Part shown: one piece after another, positions 37,101-51,159 of the stretch | Layout of the letters: every line of letters starts with the position of its first letter | Numbering within the stretch: position 1 is the first letter of the stretch | DNA from: Tubiluchus corallicola | Taxonomy: Eukaryota; Animalia; Priapulida | Direction of reading: 5' to 3' | Length of the DNA stretch: 64,000 bases | Assembly (NCBI GenBank): GCA_030141605.1 | Contig: JAQGDQ010000357.1 | Coordinates: 178,686 to 242,685, forward strand | Translations under genes and position numbers: made by a program | The notes under the pieces: generated by a model | What the model saw: the letters and a program-made list of their open reading frames with translations, nothing else | Database searches by the model: none | Told to the model about the DNA's origin: nothing

Positions 37101-38785
37101 AACAGTTTAACATTCAACCAGTCCAAGCTGGATAGTTCAAAAAGACAATCCCCTGTCAGCACCTAAGCTCTAGAAGAAAATTTCATTTGTTTATTTCAAC
37201 AGTGCATTGCTGCAGGCAAAGACATACTACTTAAACTGGGCATAAGCATTTGCAAACTTAGGCTAGTGAGCACTAAACTTTCCTTGATGTTGTGAAAAAA
37301 GTTTGTAGTAGTGCACTACCATTCAAAAAGTGCCCATTAGTATTTTTATTTGATAATTTATTTAATTATCAACTTATGAAAATACTTTCTTAAATTTAAG
37401 AAGGTTTGTGACTTACAACAACTGCAACATAATTCAGCAAAACAAAATACTATAAACTAAAAACATAATCATGACAATAACAGTTTTGGTTTGCAAACCC
37501 TGATTTCTTCCACTTCATGAGTGAACAATTTCTAATGGGGGTTACCACCTGAAACTTCTATTGATAGGATAGCACCAGTTGTAGACAATGTCAGTTGCAA
37601 TTTATGTAACGATGCACTCCGTTTTTAGATTGATTCTCTACATTTCAAAATAAAAAGAACTTTTTATTATATATTTGTTCAAAGTTGTACAACATGGATA
37701 GTGTCTTAAAACAAATCACTACTGTTGAGTAGCAGCACCTGTGTAAACAAAAGTGTGAGAGATTGTTTCAAGTTATGACACACCACATACAGCTTTGTCA
37801 CAAAGTGACTGTAACCAGTAAAAAAGTCATGTTCCATATTTTCACAACAAAACTTCGTAGGCCAACACAACTAAATAGTGTTGACTATAATGATTTAATT
37901 TCGCGCAGTCAGCTGCCATTTGAAATATTTTCTCACACTAATATTATCATTTTGTTAACATTTCTTAAGCAATCATGAGTGCATTCATAATTAGTTCAAG
38001 TTATCAAGGTTAATAGGTTACACTTTAGATTTAATAGCAGCTATTAACCAGAGGCATACCAAATTGGGGCAGCAAAGGGCAATTGTCTTGTCAGAAGTCA
38101 GCATAGCTGATTTAATTACTATGAACAGCTTAGAAAAAAGCTAAAGTAGTTACTTAATAGCGTGTGTAGGGTGGTGGGTGGCTCAACAAATTGAGAGAAA
38201 CAGAAGTATTATTCTTCAAGTGCCAATTGTATTATTGTAAAGACCTGTAGTGTTCTGCATTCTTTCATAACCTTTGCAAATTTTAATGCTGGAGCTGAAT
38301 GTTAAACGACTGTCGTGCTACGAGCAACTTTCACAGACAAATGTACAGAAAAGAGTTATTCAGGTGCAGTACTGTATATTAAACTCAGGGCGATTCTTAG
38401 AAAAAATGTGTTCATCAGAAAAGTGGAAAAAGAAAAGTGGGGCTTAAGGACGCAACAAATGTATGTAATTTGATCAGTGATCAAACGCTTGCTGCGCCAC
38501 TGCTATTATCAAGTATATTCAAATAACTTAGCAAAAATAAATTTTACAGTCTTCATGCAATTACATGCCAAATACTCTATAACTTCTGATAAGATAAACT
38601 AGCTTGTGCAATTGTTTAGGAAGTGAAATATTGGTCCTTGAATTCAAAATACCAAAATTGTCAAATTTCTGAAATCCCATCTGCACTAGCAAATCTGTGT
38701 CCCGTAGCGCTGAGCTCATTACCTGTAACTTGTGACAAGGAGCATGTGTAGAATGTATATACCCACATAAGTGGATGTTAACCCT

Positions 38786-41700
38786 TTACAACACGGCAAC
38801 ACCTGCATCGCACCTGCCAGAGGGTATAGAAGCCACGGATAGCCATGACTTCGTGTGCGGATCATAACAGTCCACACTATCGACTGTAGTTGGCACGGAG
38901 AAAGTGTTCGCAGCCGTGCGACCGCCGATCACATACAGAAATCCATTGAGAGCAGCAACTGACGCACCTGCTCGTCTTGTACTCATTGGAGGAATGGCTT
39001 CCCAAACATTCTGCACAACAGAAGATAAATACCACATTGAAACCAAAATATTTGTAATGTAAGACATTTACATTCAGTCCCTAGTAGCATGTGTGACAAA
39101 ACAGAAACAAAAGATATTAATTACTCTACAGTTCATGTTGTAGACTATGCTTAATTGGACTCCAGTTCTCTTGTCAAATGTATTAAATCAACAGAACCAT
39201 AACAGTAGGAGGCTCAGAGCATGTATACGCTAATACTGCACCTACATCAATATTTTGAGACATCTAGTAAGCATAATATAGAAAAAACTCCTAGTAGATA
39301 AATATCTGTCAAGCTCTTGTAGCTTTTCCCAAGGCTGCTGCTCTATGAGACTCCTCTCTAACTCTAAAGTGCAACCTTATGCATTCAAAAAGAATGCCAG
39401 TAGCCACATTTGAAGTACCTTTTGCTGTACAGATTCAACACTTGAAAAGCTTCCATAAATAAAGAAAAAACTTTTTTGAGACAAAAATGGTGCCAAAATT
39501 GTGTCCCACATTTCTTTAGATGATTAGGAAACTAAACAAGATGGCCATCGCCCCACGCAAATAATAAACGAAAGCATGACACTGGAAGTATTTACTACAA
39601 AAAGTGTGATAAAATTATTAAAAAATGGTAGAAATGCAGTTTCGCTTCACTGCATATCAAATACCCAGATTGAGAACACACGATGTCACAAATGTGGTAT
39701 CTGCATAAAAGTGAAAAACGATACACAAATCTAGTCCTTAACTATTTCGTAATCCTTATTCTATTTATCCTTTTTTCTGACACAACTAAGATAACTATAA
39801 AATGACTCACCTCTTCAATGTTATAGCTCTCCACTGAGTCTAAAGCACCCTCTGATTCATTCCACCCTCCAACAGCATATATATGTCCCTCTAATGCAGC
39901 TACCCCAACATGGCTCCTCCTCGTTTGCATTGCCATCAATCTCTGCCACTCCGTTGTAACAGGATTGTAGCTATCGGCAGATTTCATCTCTGAACCAAAT
40001 TCATTCACCCCTCCGATTATATAAATGAGACCTGTCAGACAATGCAAATGACTTTTGTAAAACTTTGCTTCAGTGAGAGCAGTTAATAAACTCACTTTGG
40101 GATCGAAGTGTTTTGACCGAATTAACTGACTGAATCCATTAGCTGATGTGTGTTGTATTGGCGGTATAAAAGTACGAGTCATCACTCTTCACCTTAGTAT
40201 ACACTGCAGGCTGTGAGAGCTTAAAATGTTACTTACACTTCTGATTTATTTTTCAACTCTATGCTCTTGGCTGCGTTATGAAATTTACGTTTGTAAGGTC
40301 GCAAAGAAAACTGGCAGATTACTACCGCAGCATCGGTGGCATAACAGCAACAGTTAACTGATTAAATGTTCTGTGAGAAGCAGCAAGGGCTTCAAAAGGA
40401 AACCAATAGGCATGTGATTAATTGTTCAGCCTCCAAAAATTCTCTGGCAACGAGGTTAATTGCAGTGCATGAACAAGTGACAGATTCAAAGCAAAAACGC
40501 CATGCTATAGCATATGTGGAACAAACCTACTTAAGAACAAAACGGCACTTAACGTGATTGTTTCTGCCTAAATTATAATGCACAAAAACCCATAAAGATG
40601 ATATAAAAAAAGTAAAAACTCTTTTATCACCACAAGTGTCTTAGTTTAAATACATGAAGCAAAAATATTGACTCAACAATTACTATTGTTCATAATGTAG
40701 ATATCAATACAGATAATAAGTATCAGACGTTTTTGAGTCTATCTAATAAACGGTGCCCAAGGTAGTATGTGAAAAACAAGAACAGTGAACAGGACATCAT
40801 AATAATGAAAACATGTCTGTTAACAAATACTGGTACATTAGTGCATAAAACTGCAATTTTAAATTTATTGATACGCAAGTTTAAAACTAAACGGCAACAT
40901 TACAAGTTAATACATTAGTCCTTATTTCAAAATTGCACGATAGGATGAGTTACGAAATGTTGAATGTGCAATGAACATTCATATTATCATTTTTTGCTAA
41001 CATATCAGAATTTCACTATGCTTCAGAATTTGTGTGATTTTCTAGTACTTCACAATAAATCTGTGCACTGACTCCTGATTGAAGTCACATGATGATTTTG
41101 TTATGACGTTTTAGTTAATTTTAGTTAAACTTCTTACACATACAAGTACCTTCAAATGCAACTATGCCCATCGCATATCGAGGCGTGCACATTCTCCCGC
41201 AAATTTTCCAGTGATTAATGTCCGGATCGTACACTTCGATCGTGTTTCCGCTCTCCGTGCCCACCCATCCTCCAAAAGCGTAAATGCTATTATTCACGGT
41301 ACAGGCGCCCAAGCCACACCTGCAAGAGTTTAAAGGAAAACAGGATGATTATTCATATCCTGCCCTATTCTGAAGTACAGTAAGTCCTCGCTTAACGATG
41401 CTAATGTGTTCCAGCAAAACACATCGTTAAGTGAAACGATGCTAAACGAAGAAATTATGTAAAAGCATTCAGTTGCACTCCAGAAGTGAAAATCAAAATC
41501 AAAATCCACAGTTCTACATTACCTATTTGATTGATTAAAAAGCAAATTAGTAATTAAGTGTGAAAATTAAAACCTAAAATTCAAACATAAGCCCTTCCTC
41601 CTCTGGTTGCTCTTCTCCATCCATTTTGTTCTCATTTTCTTTCCTATTTTGTTTTTTTTTTCATAAAAAATTTAGAGTTGGTTGCTTAGACTTTTTCCTT

Positions 41701-44700
41701 TTTTCAGCCAGCACTTCTTTATCACAATTCATCTCATTTACTACGCCGTCTTACTTCCGAACTGAATTCATTACCGGGGTCGTTTTCTCTGTTATTTTCG
41801 TCACAGCGAACATGCAAATGAGGAAGATGCAACAATGAACTACATACCTATGTAACAGGAGAACATTTTGTCAACTAGAGAATTTTGTCTAAATGTGAGT
41901 AATCAATGAGTCATCGTGGAATGACTGCTTGCTGTCAGTTTAGTTGGGGAAATTATTAGCAGCGTATTAACCATAATGGTGATCTCAGTTAAGTAGTGGG
42001 CTTCACTTACAGAGAGCAAAGGCAGTAAACAAGATTCAGTGTTTAAAGAAAGGCTGGCTAAAAATCGTAGTTAAGATAGATAAAATATATGCATTATTAA
42101 CACATAAAGATATCCCATATTGATAATAAAAAGCTCCCCTAAAAATTAGTATTAGTGATTCCACCTAAAAGTAAGCTACAGTGACAGTTTGAAACATTGT
42201 GTTTTTCCTTGTTTTTAATTATATACCGTATTTTCCCATGTATAAGAGACCCTTTTTTGCTCAGAATTTTCACTTTAAAAATAGGGGGTCTCTTATACAT
42301 GGGAGTAAGTCTGACACCAACTGGCAAGGTAAGAAAGCCAACCCTTGGAGAAGTCTGCAGCTGGGTCCTCAAGGCATGGAATGGTGTAAAGCCAGAGGTC
42401 ATTATTAAATCTTTCAAGAAGTGTGGCATCTCCAATGCCATGGACGGCACAGAAGACAATGCCATTTTTGAGCAGAGTGACTCCTCTGATGATGAACTGG
42501 CTGGAATTGCTGAAGGTCTGACTCCAGTTGATATTTTTGATGAGAGTGATGAGGAATTTAATGATTTCTATGATGAATAAAGTTATTCATTACCAAAAAA
42601 CTTTTTTCCAGAATTTTTGCCTAAAAATTGAAGGGGTCTCTTATACACAAGGGTCTCTTATACATGGGAAAATACGGTAGATTTTTAAAATTTATTGTTA
42701 CTCTGTTTGGCATTAAGAATTAATTGTCTCTGTTACATTAACTAACATTTAACTGCATTTCAGTTTTAGAAGCATTAAATATGTGGATAATTAAAAAAAA
42801 ATCAGTATTTACAACGCAGGAGATTCAAAAAAGCAAAACCGTTTCTAGCAAACTGCTAGTACTGCCATATGACTGATGTATTTTAGTTTACCTGAAACAA
42901 GCTGTAAAACTCAAAATATTGGACACATTTTTTTAATTAAAATTAAATTGTAATCTCATCATTACCACAGAAGTACTGCTGAGTGATCAATCAGTAAAGT
43001 CATGTTGTTTTGCAAATTCTGGTATGAGGATGATCCATTTCGTAAGGCAAAAATTCCTTAGGGGAAAAATTTGTGTTTAAGAAACCAAATTGTCAAAAAA
43101 TCAATAACTCCTCACCTGGGATTTGTAAGACTCGCTATCATTTTCCATACTTTCTCCTCGGGGTCGTACATTTCACAGTTGTCATATATCAAAGAGTTGC
43201 TCTCACCACCAATGGCAAAGATCTTCCCTTTCATGGTGGCGACCCCTAGTCCACTACGGGCATAGTTTAGTGGAGGCAACAGCGACCACCCTTGTTGCAA
43301 AGAATCAAACATGGCCATATTGCCAAAAACAATACTGTCGTGCCATTTAGCATTCTCGGGGCGGGAGTAGCCACCTGTGAGAAAAACAGAACTATTACCA
43401 TTCTTGTATTGAACAAATTCAATGAGTGAACAAACATTGTTTTTGCTTTTCCTATACTGCACTTGAGGAAGCCAGTTTGAGATAGCCTTGCAGTCAACAA
43501 ACCATGCTAATATATTTCCCGGAAGTCTTCAGGCCAATATATTGACAGTTTGATAGGTATATATGAAAGAAACCAAAACCAAAAAACAAACTTTTTGAAA
43601 CTTACAGTACGATGAGTGTTGTAATTCAAGATTTGGTAACAAATTTGTTAATCAGGAGCAGATTAAAATTATAATAAAACTTGCAAATTATTGCAAGATA
43701 TCTTTTTTATACAATTTAATTTCTGAACAATGCAGAGAAATCTGTAGCACCAAGTTATTTCAGTTTTGAAAGAATTCTGGGTAGGAGATATCATTAGACC
43801 TATCTCTGGCCTGTACTAATATTAAAATGCAATAAAACAGTTTCTCAAACAAACTAATTGCTTAGCCAGAGGAGTATAAGTGACATCCCACTAAAGACCT
43901 AATCCAGACATGATTGTTAAGCTGCGCTTCAAAAACACATGCTGCTAGTTTTAAAGCAAAATTTTTGTACCCTACAAACAGCAATCGACTGTTTCTTATG
44001 CAATTAATATGTGTGCATAGAAAGAGACATTTTTAGCCTTAATTGGCTAGTAAAAGCATGGGAATTTTGATTTACGGTTCACGGAGCTGTTTTGTAAAGC
44101 AAGCCTCCCTTTTACTGCTTGCATACAAAATATGTTAAAAAGTTCCTAATCAAAACAATCAATGTATGGTTTGTAGCAAACTAATATGCACATTCAGGGT
44201 GAGAAACTTTGATGACACATTTTAGACCTGCATGTATTTGACCACATTTAAAACAGTTTGAATAATCTGGGTGCTTGGCTGTTTCTCCCACCCATTCCCT
44301 CTAACCAGTCAAAATTACCAAGAGCTCATACACAGTAAGCCTACTTTACAATCTTACCTATGACATAGATGTTTTTCCTAGCACACTGCCGTGGTTGCCA
44401 GTTTATTGGATTAATTTTTCCTAGTCTGGTGTCCCTTGCAAGAGAAAACTCCTTTTTATAATCCTGTAAGAACAAAAAAGTTATCAGTTTTAAAAGGTGA
44501 AAACACGGACCATGCAGATTTTACAAGAAAACATCAATTTTCTACCAAAGCAAGGTGTTGTCTGCTGTACTCATTTAGTTATTCATTTCCTGGTTCAATG
44601 TAGTAATGCTTTCACTCTGCAAGCTGAGATACAGCACTCGTTGGAAGCACAGTGCAGATATATGTAGGAGGACTGCTACCTAGTGCATTACCAAAAATAA

Positions 44701-47700
44701 TCCTCCAAGACGAGACACTGAACTATCTGAGTTAAGCACCTTTAGCAGTGCTTGGATGCATATAGTACACAGACACAGACAGTACGACAAATAAAACCTC
44801 TTAGATGCTGATCATCCATCCAATTACAACCAGGCTTGATTTTGCTTAACTACGGTCATTGCTGTAGCAAATAAAATTACTAATTTGATCACTAGAAAAA
44901 TATATAAATAAAGATATTCATAAATTGCCTGGACTTCGTGTCCAAACTTGCTAAGTACTAGTTTACAGTGTGGTAGGAATTAAATCAAATTATCAGTATG
45001 TTTCAATAGAGAAATCCCATTCGAAAATGGTCCGATGGACTGCAATTTCAAAGTAAGCAAAACAACAGCAGATGTTAACGGAAGCAAATGGGTTTTCTAA
45101 CCTCATTTAGCAACCAAGCCACCCCCCTGCTTCAGGCGCCTTTGTCCTGTTCTGCAGCAAAGAGGTAAATTCTATTCCATTACAACCAAACTGAAGTTCT
45201 TTCTTTATACAAGACAATCTTCACATACATGTATGGAAAATAACAAGGTCGGCAGCCACTGTAACTGGAGAAAAACTTGGGACTAGAGTGCTATATACAA
45301 ATTTATGGAGCTAAACTTGAAACATACCAAAGCTCACAACATGCTCATAAGTAAATAAATGACGACAAACCTCACACATCTTCTTAAGAGCAAACTTCAG
45401 GGTGAGGTCCTCAATGGTCCCAATGTACCTGTCCAGTTCGGAGCGAGAAATGATCGGAATTCGAACGCATTTCATCAGCATAAACACTGAACGCCGTCGA
45501 CGTTGAACGTCATGCAGAATCCAGCTCATCGCAGCTTTAAACACCTAATATACAAAGACAGATGACTAAATAGCAATAACCGGGTATATTAACACATACT
45601 ATATACTAAGACAGTGTTGTTGTGAATGACTAAAAAAGTGCATTTAATTTGTAATTAGTTTTCTAATCTGTAGTAGATGACTTCTGTCTATGTGTTACAC
45701 TATTCTAAATGTGGGCTTAACCCAGTAGTGAACAGTCTGTTCTATTTTTTCTAGATTCTGTTCTCGCTAGTTGGCTGTTACCCAAACTGATATGCAGACA
45801 TCCTTTTGCATATCTTTTTAGTCTTCTACATCAATAAACGTTTAAAGGTATGTCCTACTGTTTATACCTTTTGTCATCACAACACTAAGTGTATAATATT
45901 TTCATATTTCTTTAATGTTTTACGTAATACACTTGCTTATTAGATATAGTAAATCCATACATTTTACAAACCTGCAACTTAGTGAAAAAATCGATGAAAG
46001 AATAATTTCAATTATTTAGCAAAGAAATAACTTTACTTGCTAAAATCATCTCAGCAAAAAACTCGTAGTTTCAGTTTTTTGCATTCTGTCTTTCATACAG
46101 TATTTATAGTTTGAATCGTTCCCTCCTGGTTAAAATACGGCTAACTAATGTCCAGTTTTGTCTAGGAAAATATAAGAATAATTTTCAAGTGACTGCATGA
46201 ATAGTTCACCATATTCACTGAGTTAACTTCTTGTAATATGGGACACCAATTTTAAGAGAATGAATAGAACAAAATTGGACTTGAGCTTGCAGCTAGCATC
46301 AGCAGACTAATACTAAGAGTATTTTCCTAACCTCTGGTACTTTTTTGCAAGATTCGTTTTTCTGCTGTTGTGCGTAGTTTATATTACTATTTTTATATGG
46401 ACAGTCTTTTATATTTCTTCTTTCCGGCCCATTATATGTAGAATTCCCTACTACATAATTGTTTTACTGATAGCAAACTTGCCTGCTCTAAAAGAATTCA
46501 ACAAGAAAAGACTACATGACACTATTGAAAAAAGCATTATCACCGATGCTAGCCAAAAAATGCTTCTGTCTTACCTCGTGAGCTCAAAAGGTATCAGTAG
46601 GAATAATTTTTTATAAAACTTTGTGAATTTTTTGTGCAATATTAAAAATCAGTTGAAATCAAAGTTTATTTCCCACTGGTTAACAGTATTATTTTAAATT
46701 TTTTTAATGCACATTTTTCCACGCTTTGTTTTTTAGTTTTTTGTTCACGTTACTAAATTATCGTATAATTATCCATTATCGAATACTCTTCTTTGTACGA
46801 TATGAACATATGTTCTGATAATTATGGTATAAGCGGCAACACTACCTGGCCATTAATATGCTAAAAATTTGACAGAAAATACCATATTTTTCAGCCTCCA
46901 ATACGTAATCAGCATCATACAAAACTGCACCCCGGCCGAGAGTTAGATGTAAAAAAAGATGGCTGCATCCTCGCCAAAACAACACGATGTTATATTTATT
47001 ACTGCGTCTTGCGTTTTAAATTAAAAAATACACTATTACACAACTGAGTCAGGTAAGTATATGAATGTACAAAAAATTATAAAATTACCAGCCGGGTGTG
47101 CAATAAAAAATATTATCATGGGCGATTAGACGGAAACAGAAGTATTTTTATTGTTGGCGTGATGTAAATAAAACAGTAGAAATGTTGTCACAGTTTCCGG
47201 CGTTGTTATGAATCTGAATTTTGAGAGATCTATAATTCTGGTCAGTGACAGCTGACAGGAATTGAATACATTCATGACATGCTACCTGGAACTCGTTATC
47301 AATTCTGAGTTTCTCGCTCTTCAACATTTGTGACAAATCATCCTGACTTAAGCAGAAGAATTCATCCTCATGGATAACATCCTGGAAGTTGGCATGAATA
47401 TATGACTTTGCCACATCCTTTAACTCTTTACATGCATGAGCATCTCCGAATAAGTAAATTCCTAAATGGTAAAAAACAAATTTTGTACCACTGTTTTTTT
47501 GGCAGAAAAAAAAGTTGATAGCAAATTTTAGTATGTTTGTAAACGAAAGTACAACACAGAGTTATATTAGTGCCAAAAGAATTTTGAGAGACAATAGAAC
47601 ATTGCTTGAACTATCAATAGTTTGCCAGGCAAATTATTCATCATCAAATCCAGGCCAAAGACAATGATGCTTTGATAATGCTTAAATTTCCTTGCTATTT

Positions 47701-50700
47701 TCAGTCAAGCTATTCTGTAAATAACAGGTCAGCAATGAAATTCCGTGAATAAAAATTCAATGAGGTCTACGACTCACAGAGAAAAAAGTCAAAGCAAGAG
47801 GTTTGCCAATGCACCAAGCGACTACAAGCTATCAAAATTATAAAAAAAACATTTGTAAATAATTGTAAATATTTGTTCTAATAATACAAATATTTGTAAA
47901 ATTTGAGATTCAATATTAAATTTCTTGTTTCCGGTATCTTCTTCTTAATCTACCATTGTACCATGTAACAATTGAAATAAATATTCAAAGATATGTAAAA
48001 TGATCATTATTTATAAAAAATAAATAAAAAACTAAATTTATTGCCGAACGGTTTCGAACAGAACTGTTCATTATCAAGGCATCTAACACAAAGAAATTAA
48101 AAAGAATTTAGAAACAACATTGAAATACAATTCTGTAGTTAATAGCCAAAAGTAAAATGAAAGTTTTTTTGAAAAACCAAATATGGATAATAATAATACT
48201 AATAATAATGTTAAATAAGTGAAGCATAAAACATTACCTATGCAGTTAGATGGATCAAGATTTTCTATCATAAATTGAGAACAAGCCGCAACTACATCAT
48301 TCAACTGTAGCATATCAGCAGCTGCTAACAATTCTTGAACATTATCCGTGTGTATCAGCAAATCACCTGTGGTGCACAAACAGATCTTAATGTTTTGAAA
48401 CTTTTTGAAAGTAGCAGCACAAAAGTAAAAATGCTATCATTAGATAGTTTTTAGACTAGATATGATAAGTACGTGACTATAACACTAAAAAATTGCTCCT
48501 AATACATTATACATAAATAACATTAACACTAGACACTCAAGAGCTCATTTGAGTACATTGTTTATTAGGGGCAAGCATCCTCTATCAGAAAGCAAATTCG
48601 ATTCGAATCGAATTTGTGACTTTCGAATTCGAATCAAACAGAACCTTAGCATTTTCGAATCCTAATCGAATTCAAATTCAGTTTTAAAGATTTTCGAATA
48701 AATTTTGAATTACTCATTAAAAGTAGTCTCATAAAGATCATGTATATTACTTGACTTTGTTCTGTAGTAAACACACTAATAATTTGTTTAAAATGCACAA
48801 AAATCTCAGCAAAACTGTGCTGATTGCATGTTTCAAACGTTTTAATGATACAGAACATATAAAGTTAAAGTGCCGAAATCTACAATTTCAGGTTCGAATG
48901 GAATTTAAAATAAAAAAAAAATTGTTCGGATAAAATGTTCGGTGCTTACCCCTATTGTTTATCCTTTTATCAACTCAACAACACTAATCAGTACAGCAAC
49001 AAACTCCCACAAATCTTTTGCCTGAAGGTGTTCATTGAGTGCCTTATCAAAAATTTCAGTTTTTTACTTCTAAAATATACAATATACAATCTAAAATATT
49101 ACAAATATTGATTTTTCACATGGGGTAACAATATAATTTTTTTCATGGTGTGGCACTCTGCCAACAAGGACCCGTGCAAAACAGCAAGGTCTACTTAAAA
49201 TAGTTTGTTGTATCAGAATCAGAACCTACATAATTAGCAAAGATAACCTTAAGAGATGAGCTGTATCTCAGTTATGTTTAGAAATATCTATATATCCTCC
49301 CTCTGTGAACTAAACAGCCGTGAAAACTGTCCAGGAGCAGTAATTCTGATGGTCAACCATCCATTTATGACCAAGCATGGCATTGCTTAACTCTATTTTC
49401 TAACCAGACACAGTGATTCCGTTATTTCTTTCACCCCGTCATACATTAATGCATATGAATAGCCTCCAACTAACTTTATAACTAATTAAAAATGATCAAT
49501 AGATTAATGAACATAGGTTTCATTTGATAAATGTTCGATTAATGGAAATTAATTTTGTATATATTTACCACTGTATATAAACTCGATCAACTGCCTGAAA
49601 ATGTGGGGACTGACGGAGCAGATTTTGATTTCATTTTTGCTAGATTCAACTAATCCACCCATGAACATAGCGTGAAAATACGAACAACAAGCGGAGAGCA
49701 ATGCACGGTGCAAGGAGAATGTTTCGCCGCCAACTGTGATATCAACATCACAAAATTGACTCTCCAGCCTAAATAATACAATAAATACTGTACATACTTA
49801 TGTACAAGTCGAATTTTTGGGAAGCGATTTTAGGGTGAAATTTTTGGGGTCGACTAACACTTAAGATATGTTTTTTCGGATCCTGGCCGCGATATCCTAG
49901 GCTTAAAGGCATTACAAACAATTATGCATGATGAAAGGCCAGACTGCATTATCATGGATTGCATTGAGGGCCCTCAACATGAATATACACACATACATAT
50001 AATATATATACATAGGTATATACACTCAGTAGGGTACATATACTCCGGTAGGTATAATATACTTGGCCCAGGCACTTGCACATATCTTACACACTTACAC
50101 AGTAGGCTACTGATTTATTACTCGGACATTGTTGACATCATTTACTCTGGAAGATCTTAATATTTTATGATCGACTTGTACAGAGAGGTAATATAGAAAA
50201 TGATGCAATTTTTTGTCTTAAAATGCACATCGACTTGCACATAAGGTTGACTTGTACACATGTATATAAGGTACATCTATTCAAAGCAAATTAAATTATT
50301 TCTAATTTTCACATAAAATTAATTTAATTTCACAAGATTCTGCAATAGACAAATTAAATAGACACTAATCAACAGACATTAGTCCACCTTGTGCTGTCAC
50401 TTGTAACTACATAAAAGAGGACATAAACTAACTATTAATAAAAGTGGGATATAGCTCTAGGTAAATCAAATTACTGCTTATCACACCTAGGAATCGAGGT
50501 CTGTAGGACTTGCAGCAAGTCATTTGTTCTGAAATTGATTTCTGCAGAGCAACATAGAAATAAAACTTTTTATATGTAACTTAAAGGTGACTTTTGCGAC
50601 CTTATCTTTTTTAGACCTTGACAAAACAATAACTGTATATTGTAAAGGTGGAGTGTGATAACAACTCCAATGAAATTGTTCTAATAAAATCTTTCTCTGA

Positions 50701-51117
50701 CATTTCATTTGCATACTCAATCTGTGCTGCCTCCTAACATACGAAGCCGTAACAGCATCTGTCTTTCTAGCACAGCATACAAGGAGGAAAGACGGTTGGC
50801 TCGGCCACCATTTTTCCCCATTGTAAGTGTAAAATGTTAAAGTTGCAATGATCAAAGAGTGCTATTCGAGTGGAGCATGCCTTGAAAAAGGTTGCATGAG
50901 TCGACATGAGTAGAATTTGAACCCAGAAACTCTGGATTGGCAGTCAAGCACTATACCACCAGGTCATTATGTCTAACATATAAATAACAGTAAACTAGCT
51001 CTACAATATTTATCTTATCACAAAAAACACTAACAGTCATTACCGCAACTTGTTATAATTTCGTAGAATTGTGTTTGCATGGTTAGTGGCATGAAAACTG
51101 CGTCTTTCCACCGGCAT
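38786..51117 (-). CDS. IPP: Actin-binding protein IPP / Kelch-like 27 (BTB-BACK-6xKelch); exons 51117-51044, 49768-49569, 48366-48238, 47461-47286, 45544-45371, 44463-44358, 43374-43116, 41319-41150, 40031-39811, 39010-38786 (577 aa)
   Basis: BTB (FCDVDITVGGETFSLHRALLSACCSYFHAMF..FIYSG..NVQELLAAADMLQL), BACK (NCIGIYLFGDAH..EFQVFKAAMSWI), six Kelch repeats with IPP-typical segments GGYSR..WHDS, GGWVGTESGNTIE, GGWNE and terminal RCDAGVAVL. All phases join to one ORF of 1734 nt. Confidence 0.93.
41378..41455 (+). mobile_element. Tigger/pogo-like terminal fragment (one end only)
   Basis: TA|CAGTAAGTCCTCGCTTAACGATG...CATCGTTAAG, typical Tigger-like terminus; partner TIR not found. Confidence 0.45.
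42226..42677 (+). mobile_element. Non-autonomous pogo-type DNA transposon (452 bp) carrying a transposase C-terminal fragment, in IPP intron 7
   Basis: Perfect TIRs CCGTATTTTCCCATGTATAAGAGACCC / GGGTCTCTTATACATGGGAAAATACGG, TA TSD; internal frame LTPTGKVRKP..VCSWVLKAW..IIKSFKKCGISNAMDGTED plus acidic tail, typical of pogo transposase C-termini. Confidence 0.92.
44807..44853 (-). mobile_element. 5S rRNA-like SINE remnant
   Basis: Minus strand GTAGTTAAGCAAAATCAAGCCTGGTTGTAATTGGATGGATGATC resembles the 5S internal control region. Confidence 0.45.
48566..48954. mobile_element. hAT-family MITE (389 bp) in IPP intron 2
   Basis: TIRs TAGGGGCAAGCATC / GGTGCTTACCCCTA; perfect 8-bp TSD TTGTTTAT (48558-48565, 48955-48962); subterminal TTCGAA repeats. 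Confidence 0.88.
49349..49394 (-). mobile_element. 5S rRNA-like SINE remnant
   Basis: Minus strand AGAGTTAAGCAATGCCATGCTTGGTCATAAATGGATGGTTGACC. Confidence 0.45.
49788..50271. mobile_element. Degenerate pogo/mariner-type MITE in IPP intron 1
   Basis: Imperfect TIRs CTGTACATACTTATGTACAAGTCGA / TTGACTTGTACACATGTATATAAGG, TA on both flanks, internal (t)cgactt repeats. Confidence 0.6.
50908..50968 (-). mobile_element. tRNA-derived SINE head remnant
   Basis: Minus strand TGACCTGGTGGTATAG (A-box-like) ... GGGTTCAAATTC (B-box-like); no intact cloverleaf seen. Confidence 0.45.
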
Positions 51118-51159
51118 GACGAGTAGGAGAATACTACCCACTATCTGACATCCATCTGT

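Noticed and set aside
42197-42580. 127-aa ORF as an independent host gene
   Set aside because: It is the transposase remnant inside a TIR-bounded element; the predicted start lies outside the TIR.
50908-50968. Possible tRNA gene (also ~57826-57880)
   Set aside because: Only A/B-box-like motifs, with no complete acceptor stem or cloverleaf; treated as SINE heads.
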